The position numbers and the translations under genes are program-made. The notes under the pieces were generated by a model. It did no database searches. It saw only the letters and a program-made list of their open reading frames with translations, and was not told where the DNA came from. Positions 37,245-47,092 of a stretch of 64,000 bases of DNA are shown here, piece after piece. This stretch comes from a phage, in the sequence record PX104379.1; one strand, written 5' to 3'. The first letter of the stretch is position 1; the number at the start of each line of letters is the position of its first letter.

Positions 37245-37931
37245 TTAAAAATCGTGGGTAGAATCAGCTTCAAGAGCTACTACATAATTCGCATGTTCAC
37301 CTTCAAATTTAGCAGCACCTTGTTTACCTTTTGCCCAGAGCAGAAGTTTATAATTTCCTGGTTGCATTTTCATATTTGCCATATTGATAATGAAATTAAA
37401 TGTATTTTCACCATCATAATCACCAAGAGTCAAAGAATATTTAACACGGGTCAGAGCAGAATCTTCTACTTTATTAAAACCGTTAATTACGATTTTACCT
37501 TCTTTTACCGTGATAGCAATTGTATCAATTTGCAGACCACGAGATACACGCAACAGTTGTTGAAGGTCTTCAGCTTTAATTTCAGTAACAACAGATGCTA
37601 CCGGGAATGGAATTGGTTTATTAGGAGCAACTACTGTACTCGGATCGGCTGCTGGCCAAAAAATTGTTGAACGGGCATCAGCAATTTTAATATTTCCATC
37701 TTCTGACTGTGAAATTTCTGCATCATCATTAACTAGAGACAGAATACCGAGAAAACCGTTCAAATCGTAAATTGCTACATCAAAATCAATAACGTCAGAA
37801 ATATTTGCTTCCGCATAAGTTGTACCATTAACTGCGCGAGTCATAATAAATTGACCGGATTTAAGCATAATACCGGAGTTAATAGTAGCGAAATTTTTAA
37901 GCAGAGCGGTAGTATCTTTAGACAGTTTCAT
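37245..37931 (-). CDS. 45: sliding clamp gp45
   Basis: 228 aa as T4 gp45. Confidence 0.92.
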   Translation of the reverse strand: MKLSKDTTALLKNFATINSGIMLKSGQFIMTRAVNGTTYAEANISDVIDFDVAIYDLNGFLGILSLVNDDAEISQSEDGNIKIADARSTIFWPAADPSTVVAPNKPIPFPVASVVTEIKAEDLQQLLRVSRGLQIDTIAITVKEGKIVINGFNKVEDSALTRVKYSLTLGDYDGENTFNFIINMANMKMQPGNYKLLLWAKGKQGAAKFEGEHANYVVALEADSTHDF

Positions 37932-37960
37932 GTAATTTCCTTCAATTCAAATGAGATTTA

Positions 37961-37985
37961 ATTTTATAACTAATTTAATAAAGCA
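37961..37985 (-). promoter_or_regulatory. MotA-box middle promoter for gene 45
   Basis: Minus strand TGCTTTA, 12 bp, TAAAAT. Confidence 0.5.
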
Positions 37986-37986
37986 A

Positions 37987-38376
37987 TTAACGATTAAAAT
38001 CAGCTGCGATTGTTTCGGCAACAATTTGAGCAGCAACAATCAGACGTTCATCTGCATTGCCGCAATATTCATCTTCAAGGCGTTCACCACATGAAGTCAT
38101 AATAAATTTAGCACCGGCGTTTAGGGATTCTGTAGTATGTTTGCGCATTAGTTCAATCCATTTATTACTTACTTCACGATCGATAGCTTCATAATACACA
38201 TGACGAGCAGGTGCAGATTTAATTTTGTTCTGAATAACTTCCATTGCGTTATCAGAAAGAGACAAAACCCATGCTCGACGAATTTTATTTTGGTTTTGTG
38301 GATTTGATTCAGAACGCACGTGTTTTGGCTGAATATCTTTTACATCAACAGTATAATTCACAGTAATTTTAGTCAT
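37987..38376 (-). CDS. rpbA: RpbA RNA polymerase binding protein
   Basis: 129 aa as T4 RpbA; position upstream of 45. Confidence 0.7.
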   Translation of the reverse strand: MTKITVNYTVDVKDIQPKHVRSESNPQNQNKIRRAWVLSLSDNAMEVIQNKIKSAPARHVYYEAIDREVSNKWIELMRKHTTESLNAGAKFIMTSCGERLEDEYCGNADERLIVAAQIVAETIAADFNR

Positions 38377-38385
38377 AATACACCT

Positions 38386-38574
38386 TTAGTCATAATAATC
38401 AGTAACAGTCCAAGCTTCATTTCTATTGGACATTATTTTTGTATATTCTGCTTTAAATGCATTCCTAAGCATAGATTCAGTAACTATATGCTCTTCATTA
38501 GAAAAATTATTTCTCAGAATATATCGTTTTATTTCAGGAAAAGTTAATAAATGCTGTCCAGTTGAATATTCCAT
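38386..38574 (-). CDS. hypothetical protein (62 aa)
   Basis: ORF track. Confidence 0.45.
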   Translation of the reverse strand: MEYSTGQHLLTFPEIKRYILRNNFSNEEHIVTESMLRNAFKAEYTKIMSNRNEAWTVTDYYD

Positions 38575-38629
38575 GTTTTTCCTCCATAGAGATTATACTC
38601 TAATAAATTAAAGCATAATCTCTTATAAA

Positions 38630-40312
38630 TTAAACCATTACAGTAAATCGACCAACTTTTTTCATTTGAAGATGCTGACCGTATGCTTGTGGGTCATGGT
38701 CTCTATGCGAAATAACAAAAACATTAGTATTTTTTAAACTATCTAAAATAGTTGAAATAGCTTTTACACCTTCAACGTCGGTCGCTGAATCAAAAACTTC
38801 ATCAAGAATTAGTGTGTTTATTTTAACACCTGAAACTTTTTCAGCAATATCACGCCAAGTAAATAAAAGAGCAATATCAATTCGCGCTTTTTCACCTTGA
38901 CTGAATGAAGCATAACTAAAATCTTCACGACCACGGGATTTAATTGTCTCATTAAATTCTTCATCTAATGTAAACACATAATCCGCTTCCATTATTTTAA
39001 GATAATGGTTAATCTGCTTATTAAATAATGGAATGTACTTTTTAATAATAGCGCCTTTAATACCAGAATCTTTGAGCATATCAGTCAAAATTCCTCGGTG
39101 GTATTTTTCCATTACTAAATTAGTTTTTGTCTTAACAATTTTATCAAGTTCTTCTTGAAGCAGTGCTATTTCATCAGCATGGTCAATAAACTCAGAAGAT
39201 GCTTTTTCTATAGCTGCTTTAACTTTTTTAGCTTTATCTACTGTCGTGATTAGAGATTGCTTTTTATTGCGAATATCATTTGCCAACGACTGCTGGGTTT
39301 TAATATTATCTCGGTATTCATCAACAAGAACTTTTAAATTATCACGGTGTGTTGAAAGCTGTTCAAACGAATGCGTGCATTCAGAAACTTTATCTTTAAT
39401 TTTAGAAACAACTTTATCACCGGAACTCAATTGTGACAAACAGGTTGGACATAATCCACCTTCGTGATACATATTAATGACTTTATTATACGAGTCAATT
39501 TTTGATTTAATTAAAACTGCTTCTTGACCGATTTTATTAAATGCATCAGTCGGGTCTTCGTCTAAAACAATATTAACTAATCTTTCATTAGCTTCTTCTA
39601 TTTCCGATTTTAGCGTTCTAGCTTCTTTTGCCAAATCATCATACATATTTTGCAGACGAGTAAGATTGTCACCCGTTAATTTTTTCTGGCGTTCAACGTT
39701 ATCATTATATATTTTAATTTGTTGGATAATACTATCTTTTTTAACATCAAGCACTTGGTTTTGTGAATTTAATTCACGTATTAGTGCTTTATTAAGCTTA
39801 TCCATTTCAGCTAATGTTCCTACCTCAAGCAGGTCTTCCACAAGCTTTCTTCGTGCAGGGGTCGACAAACCCATGAAAGGGGTATACCCTGCTGTACCAA
39901 GGACAACAATCTGCTTGAAACTGGCATATGACATTCCGATAAGCTGTTCAAATTCTGCTTGGAAATCTTTACTGCTGGCAGATTCATTAAGACGTGTACC
40001 GTTAACGGTGATTTCGAAAACGTTTGGTTTTTGTCCTCTTTTGATATAGTACTTTTTCTCATCATATTCCATCCACAGTTCAACTAAAAGTTCTTTCTTA
40101 TTTGTGCTGTTTATTAATTGACCTTTCTTTACATCACGAAATGGCTTGCCAAAAAGCCCAAATGTGATGGCTTCTAACATAGTAGACTTACCACCGCCAT
40201 TTCGGCCAGTAATAAGAGTTTTTTGAACCTTATCTAATTGAATGTCAACTCCATTTTGACCAACTGACATTATATTTTTATATTTTACTCTATTAAGTTT
40301 AAATGATTTCAT
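38630..40312 (-). CDS. 46: recombination nuclease subunit gp46 (Rad50/SbcC-like ATPase)
   Basis: 560 aa as T4 gp46; Walker A GRNGGGKST; coiled-coil middle. Confidence 0.9.
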   Translation of the reverse strand: MKSFKLNRVKYKNIMSVGQNGVDIQLDKVQKTLITGRNGGGKSTMLEAITFGLFGKPFRDVKKGQLINSTNKKELLVELWMEYDEKKYYIKRGQKPNVFEITVNGTRLNESASSKDFQAEFEQLIGMSYASFKQIVVLGTAGYTPFMGLSTPARRKLVEDLLEVGTLAEMDKLNKALIRELNSQNQVLDVKKDSIIQQIKIYNDNVERQKKLTGDNLTRLQNMYDDLAKEARTLKSEIEEANERLVNIVLDEDPTDAFNKIGQEAVLIKSKIDSYNKVINMYHEGGLCPTCLSQLSSGDKVVSKIKDKVSECTHSFEQLSTHRDNLKVLVDEYRDNIKTQQSLANDIRNKKQSLITTVDKAKKVKAAIEKASSEFIDHADEIALLQEELDKIVKTKTNLVMEKYHRGILTDMLKDSGIKGAIIKKYIPLFNKQINHYLKIMEADYVFTLDEEFNETIKSRGREDFSYASFSQGEKARIDIALLFTWRDIAEKVSGVKINTLILDEVFDSATDVEGVKAISTILDSLKNTNVFVISHRDHDPQAYGQHLQMKKVGRFTVMV

Positions 40313-40327
40313 TTTGTATCCAATTGT

Positions 40328-41182
40328 TCACAATGAAGAAAATTCTTTAACTAAAGCCTGTAATGAAGCCTCTATTGGATATCCATTCTTAACTAACATT
40401 TTCCTAAACATCACATGTTTAGGACGATTATATGATATCCACAATTCATACAATTTATCTTTATTATCCCAATGATAGCCTTTTCGTCTAGATGCTATAT
40501 GAGCTTTTCTAATCTCCGGATTTTTCCAACTAGCAGCTACTGAATTTGATATAGCTATTTTATATTCAGGTTTTGATAAAGCAGCACGAACAGCCTTTTG
40601 GTGTTTAATTTTATTTTCTTCGTTATTAAACCATTCCCTTGAAGCCATTGAAATTTTTTGTTTTGTTTTAAAATTATTTAATCTTTCTTTGTTATCTTTC
40701 CTATTTTTTGCTACTGAAAAATATTTTAATGCCCTTTCTCTAGCAGCATTTCTATTTTGCGGATTTGAATAATACTGTTGAAGCCTTTTTGATATTGTGT
40801 CACTTACATCTTGTTTTATAAAACTATATTCAGCAGCTATTAAATCAACTTCGGCTAAAGATAAATTTTTATATGTTTTTCCTGACATCATTCTATTTAA
40901 AGCATTTAGCATTTTTCCATTTTTACCTTTTGCTAATAAGAAGTGTGCTTTAAAATGATTAAAATGACTTAAATTAACTAAATTCCATGTAGATTTTAAA
41001 TATTCAGGAAATATTGATTTAGGAAGCACGTGGTGTGCTTCCGTTTTACCTGGAGTTTTAACAGTTGAATTCATAGAAATAAAATTAATGTAAGACTTGG
41101 CGTCTTCTTCACTCAACGCTAATTTTTCAACTAATTCCTTTATTAAAAATTCATCATTAATGTCAAGTTTAAAATTCTTCAC
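40328..41182 (-). CDS. free-standing HNH homing endonuclease (284 aa) inserted between 46 and 47
   Basis: HNH motif EAHHVLPKS...NLVNLSHFNHFKAH; C-terminal block shared with the other HNH gene. Confidence 0.75.
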   Translation of the reverse strand: MKNFKLDINDEFLIKELVEKLALSEEDAKSYINFISMNSTVKTPGKTEAHHVLPKSIFPEYLKSTWNLVNLSHFNHFKAHFLLAKGKNGKMLNALNRMMSGKTYKNLSLAEVDLIAAEYSFIKQDVSDTISKRLQQYYSNPQNRNAARERALKYFSVAKNRKDNKERLNNFKTKQKISMASREWFNNEENKIKHQKAVRAALSKPEYKIAISNSVAASWKNPEIRKAHIASRRKGYHWDNKDKLYELWISYNRPKHVMFRKMLVKNGYPIEASLQALVKEFSSL

Positions 41183-41394
41183 AAAAGATTCCTTTTAATG
41201 TATCTTTTAGACCATTCTATCATATCATCATAATCTAAAAAGTATTCATCAAATTTAGCCATGCAAACAACACCTTGTGCTGCTTTTGATGTGATATAAA
41301 TTATTCCAACATATCTAGAATCTTCTTCGGTATAATCAATATTTGCTATGAATTCATCATTAATGTCAAATGTCGAAAACTTCACAGTATGCAT
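41179..41394 (-). CDS. hypothetical protein (~72 aa from ATG at 41394)
   Basis: MHTVKFSTFDINDEF...; 5' end duplicated at the start of the HNH gene. Confidence 0.4.
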   Translation of the reverse strand: MHTVKFSTFDINDEFIANIDYTEEDSRYVGIIYITSKAAQGVVCMAKFDEYFLDYDDMIEWSKRYIKRNLL

Positions 41395-41629
41395 CCTTAA
41401 TACAAGATACAGCCATATCTCGTAATGATTTAGGTGTGTCATTATCTAAAATGTTGAAGTTAAAAGATACAGCCCAGTCAGTGCAGACTGTAACCTTTTT
41501 AATACAATTATCTTCAACCTCTAGCGGTTCAAACCAATATTCAATAATTTCTTTATGACCAATATCATCTTTTACTTCGCATTCAAAATGCTGACTCATC
41601 ATAACATTTTTAAATTCATCAAAAGTCAT
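41366..41629 (-). CDS. hypothetical protein (87 aa)
   Basis: ORF track. Confidence 0.5.
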   Translation of the reverse strand: MTFDEFKNVMMSQHFECEVKDDIGHKEIIEYWFEPLEVEDNCIKKVTVCTDWAVSFNFNILDNDTPKSLRDMAVSCIKDAYCEVFDI

Positions 41630-42645
41630 TGTGTTGCCTCTACATATAGCTGATTCGCATATTGAATAAGTGCTTCACGGTCAGAATCAGTGATGTCTGG
41701 AATTGCATTAATGTATTCTTCCATCAACGTCTGAAGAGATTGAACTTCAACTTCTTCACTTTCATCTGACTCGACAGAGTTATCAATTTTTGACACAACT
41801 CGTAATGAATGCACAACTTTTTCTAGTTCAGATTCGAACTTCGTCAGATTTTTGTCTACCTCAGTTACTATAACACGTACTGATAGATTTGTAAAATCTT
41901 TATAGTCAATTTTTCCTTTAAATGGATAATGAATTCTACGATGCCAGGTAGTATTGTTTGGAATAAATTCCATTCGTTCTGTTTCTGTATCAAACATCCA
42001 GAACCCACGAGGGTCATTCTCGTCACCTGCAGTTAGTGTCCATGGTGTCCCAATATATCTGACGTTAGCAGCCTCAGAGATAGTATGGAAGTGACCAGAC
42101 CACACTTCCTTATAAGTCTTAAGGAAATCAGGTTCAAGACCGTGAGATTTCATTCCTTTATAAAAATAAAATCCGTTCAGTTCCCAGTGACCAACGCAAA
42201 AAGAAGCAGATGAAGTTTTGATGTGTTCAAGAATTTCACCAGTATTTTCTTCACACATCCAAGGAATTAAATCAATTAAACATCCGTCAAAATCTACTGT
42301 AGTAGGCTTATCATATACTTTAACATTAGGATATTTAGCCAAAAGCTCAGTAGAGGCATTTGGAGTTAAAGTATTTTTAAAGTGCATATCATGGTTTCCT
42401 ACAACAGTATGTAGGGTAATACCAGCATCATCAAGCATTTGAACTATTTCACGAGCGAACTCCATAGTTTTATGCGTGATTGCTTTTCGCACATCAAAAA
42501 TATCGCCGTATTGAATCCATGTAGTAATTCCATTTTTCTTAGAATATTCTATTGCTTGTTTAATTCCATCCAACTGAATGGATTGAACCCACTCATCATC
42601 GGCTTTAACACCTAAATGCCAATCACCTAAATTTAAAATTTTCAT
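41626..42645 (-). CDS. 47: recombination nuclease subunit gp47 (Mre11/SbcD-like)
   Basis: 339 aa as T4 gp47; calcineurin-like phosphoesterase motifs GDWHLG, GNHD. Confidence 0.9.
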   Translation of the reverse strand: MKILNLGDWHLGVKADDEWVQSIQLDGIKQAIEYSKKNGITTWIQYGDIFDVRKAITHKTMEFAREIVQMLDDAGITLHTVVGNHDMHFKNTLTPNASTELLAKYPNVKVYDKPTTVDFDGCLIDLIPWMCEENTGEILEHIKTSSASFCVGHWELNGFYFYKGMKSHGLEPDFLKTYKEVWSGHFHTISEAANVRYIGTPWTLTAGDENDPRGFWMFDTETERMEFIPNNTTWHRRIHYPFKGKIDYKDFTNLSVRVIVTEVDKNLTKFESELEKVVHSLRVVSKIDNSVESDESEEVEVQSLQTLMEEYINAIPDITDSDREALIQYANQLYVEATQ

Positions 42646-42782
42646 ATATCAAGAACCGTCATTGAAATGCAAAATAAAATTATTGAAATAAACCCATCTG
42701 GTGTGCTAAAGAACCCAATCCAACATGCTCTAGTGAATAGATAAAATGCAAGAAAAAGTATCACATATCCAAAAAATATCAT
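42642..42782 (-). CDS. small membrane protein (46 aa), stop overlaps gene 47 start
   Basis: MIFFGYVILFLAFYLFTRACWIGFFSTPDGFISIILFCISMTVLDI; CGGAG RBS. Confidence 0.45.
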   Translation of the reverse strand: MIFFGYVILFLAFYLFTRACWIGFFSTPDGFISIILFCISMTVLDI

Positions 42783-42805
42783 TATATCAAACTCCGTATA
42801 AAGCT

Positions 42806-42823
42806 AAAGGGCCGAAGCCCTTT
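42806..42823 (-). terminator. GC hairpin (UUCG loop) after alpha-gt
   Basis: aaagggccgaagcccttt. Confidence 0.5.
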
Positions 42824-44024
42824 ATTTTGTAATAATGTCAAACTGTTCTTTAAAGCAGAAGCTTGAATCTTGATGCTGATACAAAAATTCATAAGCTTTT
42901 TCGCGTTCGCGGTCATAAAGAGTTCGGTCAGATGACAGTTCTTTAATACGTTCAAATGTTGATTCCATGTCATTTTCATCAAACCAAATGATACCGCTAT
43001 CATGCGAGGTCAAAGGAGTATTATCAACACGGAATTTTAAATTTTCGCCAGTAGATTTCCAAAATACCGGAATTGTTCCACATGCACCAAGCTCGAGATG
43101 AGTATATTCTAAAGAACGTTGTAGATATTTTTTATCCAACTTACTCAGCTGATAACCAAAACCGGATTTACTCATACGTTCAAGCATTTCGCTATTTACA
43201 TAACGGTCAAGAATTTGCGTTGGCAAATTAGGAGCAATTTTAATTTGGTCTACTTGATGAAGACGATAATACTCGTATGGAATTCCTTTTTCTTTAATAG
43301 GAATGAACGCTGGAGAACGTTCCAGACCTTCCATAATAGTACTTAGTCCTGCAGGTTTAAGATGTTTTTCATGAAAATCAAACATCTGATAAAAACCTTT
43401 CCATGTAGTCGTACGACCAATCCAACGGTTGATATTCATGTTAATTTCAGAAACATCTTTCCAGTAGGTTGACCGAACCTTCGCAATATCCATAGGAGGC
43501 TGAAAGTTATATACTGTCGGTGCTTCTTCAATATCATCAAACAGAGAAACTGTTTCAGGATACCATTCTTTCATCAGAACTTTATTAAAATCACCATTAT
43601 CAGAATGGCTAAAAATAACATCAGCTCGACGAACAGTTTCTTCTAATCCCAAATTTCGGCGCAAAGAAAGAGAAGAATGGTCATGTTGATAAACTACAAC
43701 ACGAACAGAAGGTTTAATGTTATCAATAATTTTTTTATAGTTATTAATAGTGTCTTCTTCAACCGAAGTAGCAGGAACTGAATTGATAATTAGAATATCA
43801 CAATCATTTACCAGCTTAAGTGTTTTATCATATTCTTTTGCCAATAAAACCGGAATTGAAAATGATTTATAATCATGCGCGCAATTACGAGTAAATGATT
43901 TATCTTTAGCATAAACCAAAGTTACTTCATGACCATTTTTAATAAACCAATCACGTTGCTCGAGTGAGAATTTTGTTACACCACAACCTTCAAGACCTCG
44001 AGCCATAAAAATACATACTTTCAT
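42822..44024 (-). CDS. a-gt: alpha-glucosyltransferase (hmC DNA)
   Basis: 400 aa as T4 alpha-gt; near-colinear with the T4 sequence as I recall it. Confidence 0.88.
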   Translation of the reverse strand: MKVCIFMARGLEGCGVTKFSLEQRDWFIKNGHEVTLVYAKDKSFTRNCAHDYKSFSIPVLLAKEYDKTLKLVNDCDILIINSVPATSVEEDTINNYKKIIDNIKPSVRVVVYQHDHSSLSLRRNLGLEETVRRADVIFSHSDNGDFNKVLMKEWYPETVSLFDDIEEAPTVYNFQPPMDIAKVRSTYWKDVSEINMNINRWIGRTTTWKGFYQMFDFHEKHLKPAGLSTIMEGLERSPAFIPIKEKGIPYEYYRLHQVDQIKIAPNLPTQILDRYVNSEMLERMSKSGFGYQLSKLDKKYLQRSLEYTHLELGACGTIPVFWKSTGENLKFRVDNTPLTSHDSGIIWFDENDMESTFERIKELSSDRTLYDREREKAYEFLYQHQDSSFCFKEQFDIITK

Positions 44025-44047
44025 TTAATATCCTCTTTGTTTTGGTT

Positions 44048-44072
44048 TATTTTACCAAAAATTTATAAAGCA
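44048..44072 (-). promoter_or_regulatory. MotA-box middle promoter for alpha-gt
   Basis: Minus strand TGCTTTA, 11 bp, TAAAAT. Confidence 0.45.
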
Positions 44073-44074
44073 AT

Positions 44075-44094
44075 ATAGGAGCCGAAGCTCCTAT
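44075..44094 (-). terminator. GC hairpin (UUCG loop)
   Basis: ataggagc-cgaa-gctcctat. Confidence 0.5.
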
Positions 44095-44264
44095 CCACAT
44101 AATACGCCATACAGAGGCTCATTAGAACTTTTAAATTTTATGCGCTTATATTTTATAGTTCCTTCTGCTTTAGCTTTATCATGAGACTCTTTAAAGAGTC
44201 TCATCATTTCCTCTTTAGAGGAACGAATTTTATTATAATCTATTTCAGAAGTCTGGGTGTTCAT
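44091..44264 (-). CDS. micro-ORF (57 aa) containing a 24-bp perfect palindrome
   Basis: MNTQTSEIDYNKIRSSKEEMMRLFKESHDKAKAEGTIKYKRIKFKSSNEPLYGVLCG; weak support. Confidence 0.3.
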   Translation of the reverse strand: MNTQTSEIDYNKIRSSKEEMMRLFKESHDKAKAEGTIKYKRIKFKSSNEPLYGVLCG

Positions 44265-44267
44265 CTT

Positions 44268-44474
44268 TCATAACTGCCACCATTTTTTGACTTGATAAGA
44301 ATCAACCCACACTTTCATATTAGGGTCTGCTCTTACAATAGGAGGATTAACTTCTTTAATTGAACTATCATGGTATTCTTTTTCAGAAATTTTCACACAA
44401 AGATGACCATTCAAAGATTCAGTAAATCCTGCATTAATTTTAAGACGCTTGAATTTTACGTGTGTAAGCATCAA
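44268..44474 (-). CDS. hypothetical protein (68 aa)
   Basis: ORF track. Confidence 0.4.
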   Translation of the reverse strand: MMLTHVKFKRLKINAGFTESLNGHLCVKISEKEYHDSSIKEVNPPIVRADPNMKVWVDSYQVKKWWQL

Positions 44475-44757
44475 TCATATCCTCAATTTGCGATCTAGTA
44501 GTCTTCCAAAGAATACTGATGAGTTCATCGTTATATGGCTGTTTTAGAATATCCCGACTTTTCTTGATAGCATATTCGTATTGAGCAAAATTATTGTTTT
44601 CAGCTGCGATCTGAGCGTGCTTATAAAGACGATTCAGTTCGCGTTTGTTTTTAGACAATAACTTATTTGCTTTTCTTTCTGCTTCAAGACGGTTCTTTTC
44701 TTCAATAGAAGAAATAAGCTTTTCCACTTCATCATTAATTTCGGGTTTATCAGTCAT
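44440..44757 (-). CDS. hypothetical protein (105 aa)
   Basis: ORF track. Confidence 0.5.
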   Translation of the reverse strand: MTDKPEINDEVEKLISSIEEKNRLEAERKANKLLSKNKRELNRLYKHAQIAAENNNFAQYEYAIKKSRDILKQPYNDELISILWKTTRSQIEDMIDAYTRKIQAS

Positions 44758-44758
44758 A

Positions 44759-44977
44759 TTATTTCTCTAATATAAAATAAAAATCATCATCTGTTAAATG
44801 ATACCTGTAATTTAATTCTACACCATTAGATTTAAAAGCGGTATCATACGGATTTTCTGGATCAATATCAATGTCAAGAGCTAAAACTTCCCTGAGATAC
44901 ATTTTAAGTAAATAGGGAATAGCTTCAACTTCAGGTATTTCTTCCAAGAATCCGGAGAGGTTAATCGTTAGCCTCAT
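44759..44977 (-). CDS. hypothetical protein (72 aa)
   Basis: ORF track. Confidence 0.5.
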
Positions 44978-45518
44978 ATAAAAAATCCAAACTAGGAGAA
45001 TCGTCTACAACACTTTTCTTTTCAGCCCCCGGTGTTCTATAGGTTGATTCTTCGTAATGCGTCATTTTATCGTAGATGTCTTGAATAAAAGTTTCATCTA
45101 CTAACGCAACCATATCGTCGTCACGGCTGTCATAGACATTGTGAACGAAGTAACTATATTTCTTTGCAACTTCCTTACGTTCTTTTTTAATACGCTGGAC
45201 GAATGCATTAAAACAAGCTTGAGTTATATACGCATGTGGGTTTTTATATTTCGTTTCATCAAAATTATGAAGCCCCTTAATAGAAGCTTCTATACCATCT
45301 GCAATCATTTCTTGTTTCCAAGACTGGGTGTATCCTGAAAAGTTGAAACGTTTAGATAAGCCTTCTGCAATAAGCATAATGGCTAATCCAATAGTATCAT
45401 TTTGACGAACTACTTTATTTGGGTCTTTATTATTTGCTAATTCTGTTTTCCAATCAATAATAGCTTGTAAAAGCTCTTTATTGTTTACGTAATTATATTT
45501 AGGCTTAGTTTCTGACAT
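44961..45518 (-). CDS. 55: late sigma factor gp55
   Basis: Start at [14 protein letters not shown] (185 aa, as T4 gp55). Confidence 0.9.
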
Positions 45519-45595
45519 TTTCACCTCTTAGCTCAATTCATAGATCTATTATATCATATATTTGAAGATCTATCTTAAAGCATAGAGAATATCAG

Positions 45596-45865
45596 TTATC
45601 TAAGTAAACAGTATGCTTGGAATACTTTCTCCATCATCTTTTTAAATTCATGAATATCTATATAATGACTAGTTAGATCAGCATGATATAAAAAGTCTAA
45701 AAACTTTTCATGTGTACTAACATATTCACTTTCATTTAATTCAGAAACATGGCTTTCCCAATATCCAACACCAGTCTTATTTGGGAAAAATGAAATTTTC
45801 ATGTATTGGTCAACATAGAAAATGCCATAATTTTCAATAGTAATAGAAATATTAATAAATTTCAT
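45596..45865 (-). CDS. hypothetical protein (89 aa)
   Basis: ORF track. Confidence 0.5.
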   Translation of the reverse strand: MKFINISITIENYGIFYVDQYMKISFFPNKTGVGYWESHVSELNESEYVSTHEKFLDFLYHADLTSHYIDIHEFKKMMEKVFQAYCLLR

Positions 45866-46077
45866 ACATTCATCAACTTAGCCGCTTCAAGAGCTGCATC
45901 TAGTGAATCAAATTGGTCAACGTATTCAATTAATTCGCCATAATTGGCATATAACCACCATTGGCTAAATTCATACTCAAGGATGAATCCGTTTCCTTCA
46001 ATTTGAGTTAAACCAATGCCATTTGTATTTACTTCATATCCAGCAAGACGCAAATCGTTAATAAGAGCTTCGTTCAT
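45862..46077 (-). CDS. hypothetical protein (71 aa)
   Basis: ORF track. Confidence 0.5.
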   Translation of the reverse strand: MNEALINDLRLAGYEVNTNGIGLTQIEGNGFILEYEFSQWWLYANYGELIEYVDQFDSLDAALEAAKLMNV

Positions 46078-46079
46078 AA

Positions 46080-46406
46080 TTATACCTTAGTAATTTTCAG
46101 GTCTGCAAATTTTTTCTTGCGTTGATTTTTCATGCGACGAATAGTTTTATCGGAAATTTCATGCTTTTGATAAGCTTTAGATTCTACACCAAAAGCTTTA
46201 ACATCAAATTCTGACAAGATATATTGAACCAACAATTCACGGACAGTATTGCGTCCAATCTTCTGATCATTCTGTTTCATCGTTTGATGAAGCTCTTTTT
46301 CCCATTTATCCAAACTTTGAGGAGTTACAATATCGCCTTTTTCTAGCAAAGAAACTACTTTATCATATGCGTAAGAATTAATGACGTTTTTAATTTGAAT
46401 AGTCAT
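46080..46406 (-). CDS. hypothetical protein (108 aa)
   Basis: ORF track. Confidence 0.5.
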   Translation of the reverse strand: MTIQIKNVINSYAYDKVVSLLEKGDIVTPQSLDKWEKELHQTMKQNDQKIGRNTVRELLVQYILSEFDVKAFGVESKAYQKHEISDKTIRRMKNQRKKKFADLKITKV

Positions 46407-46444
46407 ACATTATCCTCAATTACGTTAAAATTTTATTATCCAAA

Positions 46445-46460
46445 AAGGGCCGAAGCCCTT
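46445..46460 (-). terminator. GC hairpin (UUCG loop)
   Basis: aagggccgaagccctt. Confidence 0.5.
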
Positions 46461-46659
46461 AGCTAAACTTTTTGGCACCCTTCCAGCCTTCATACATCAT
46501 TGCGGCTGATATTAATATTGCTCCTGAGCAACTTGAATATTTGTGATTCCAAAACCAGTTTAGAAAAACTTCGTCATCAATACCTTGGGCTATCATATTT
46601 TCAAAGAACTGACGACGAGATTCGGCAATTCGTTGTGATAATTTAGATTCAGGATTCAT
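46459..46659 (-). CDS. hypothetical protein (66 aa)
   Basis: ORF track. Confidence 0.45.
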   Translation of the reverse strand: MNPESKLSQRIAESRRQFFENMIAQGIDDEVFLNWFWNHKYSSCSGAILISAAMMYEGWKGAKKFS

Positions 46660-46791
46660 TTAAATTTTCCAGTTACCGTTTTCATCAATAAATTTAATCC
46701 AGTCATTTACTGACCACTTAGTTGTATCACCTTTTGGAGTAACATTTAAAGTGTATAACCCCTGCTTAAAAAGCATTCGTTTGATATTCAT
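46660..46791 (-). CDS. hypothetical small protein (~43 aa from internal ATG)
   Basis: ORF track 46660..46875; GAGGA RBS precedes internal ATG (MNIKRMLF...). Confidence 0.35.
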   Translation of the reverse strand: MNIKRMLFKQGLYTLNVTPKGDTTKWSVNDWIKFIDENGNWKI

Positions 46792-46813
46792 AATTTCCTC
46801 AGCTGTAACGATA

Positions 46814-47092
46814 TCACTCGTTTGATTTACGTTTAGCAACTCGTTGAGAAGTATTATAATCAAAATCATCGTCAATGTAAACTGATTTTTTCAACTTTCT
46901 TACTTCACCACGTAATTGGCGATTTAGCTCATCTTTAACTTCTGAATCAATGCCTTTCATTCTACGCCATTTATCTGAGCGAAAAATGTTTTCAACCATA
47001 TCTTTATGACTTACCCCATCAGGAGCTTTACGCTTTCCGAAATAGTCATAATCACGTACTTTTAAATCTTTACGACGATACGTTTTACCCAT
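46814..47092 (-). CDS. hypothetical basic protein (~92 aa)
   Basis: ORF track 46814..47131; start uncertain. Confidence 0.4.
   Translation of the reverse strand: MGKTYRRKDLKVRDYDYFGKRKAPDGVSHKDMVENIFRSDKWRRMKGIDSEVKDELNRQLRGEVRKLKKSVYIDDDFDYNTSQRVAKRKSNE

Noticed and set aside
42782-43003. 73 aa minus-strand ORF overlapping the alpha-gt 3' end
   Set aside because: Overlaps alpha-gt in another frame; the real small gene here is the 46 aa ORF at 42642..42782
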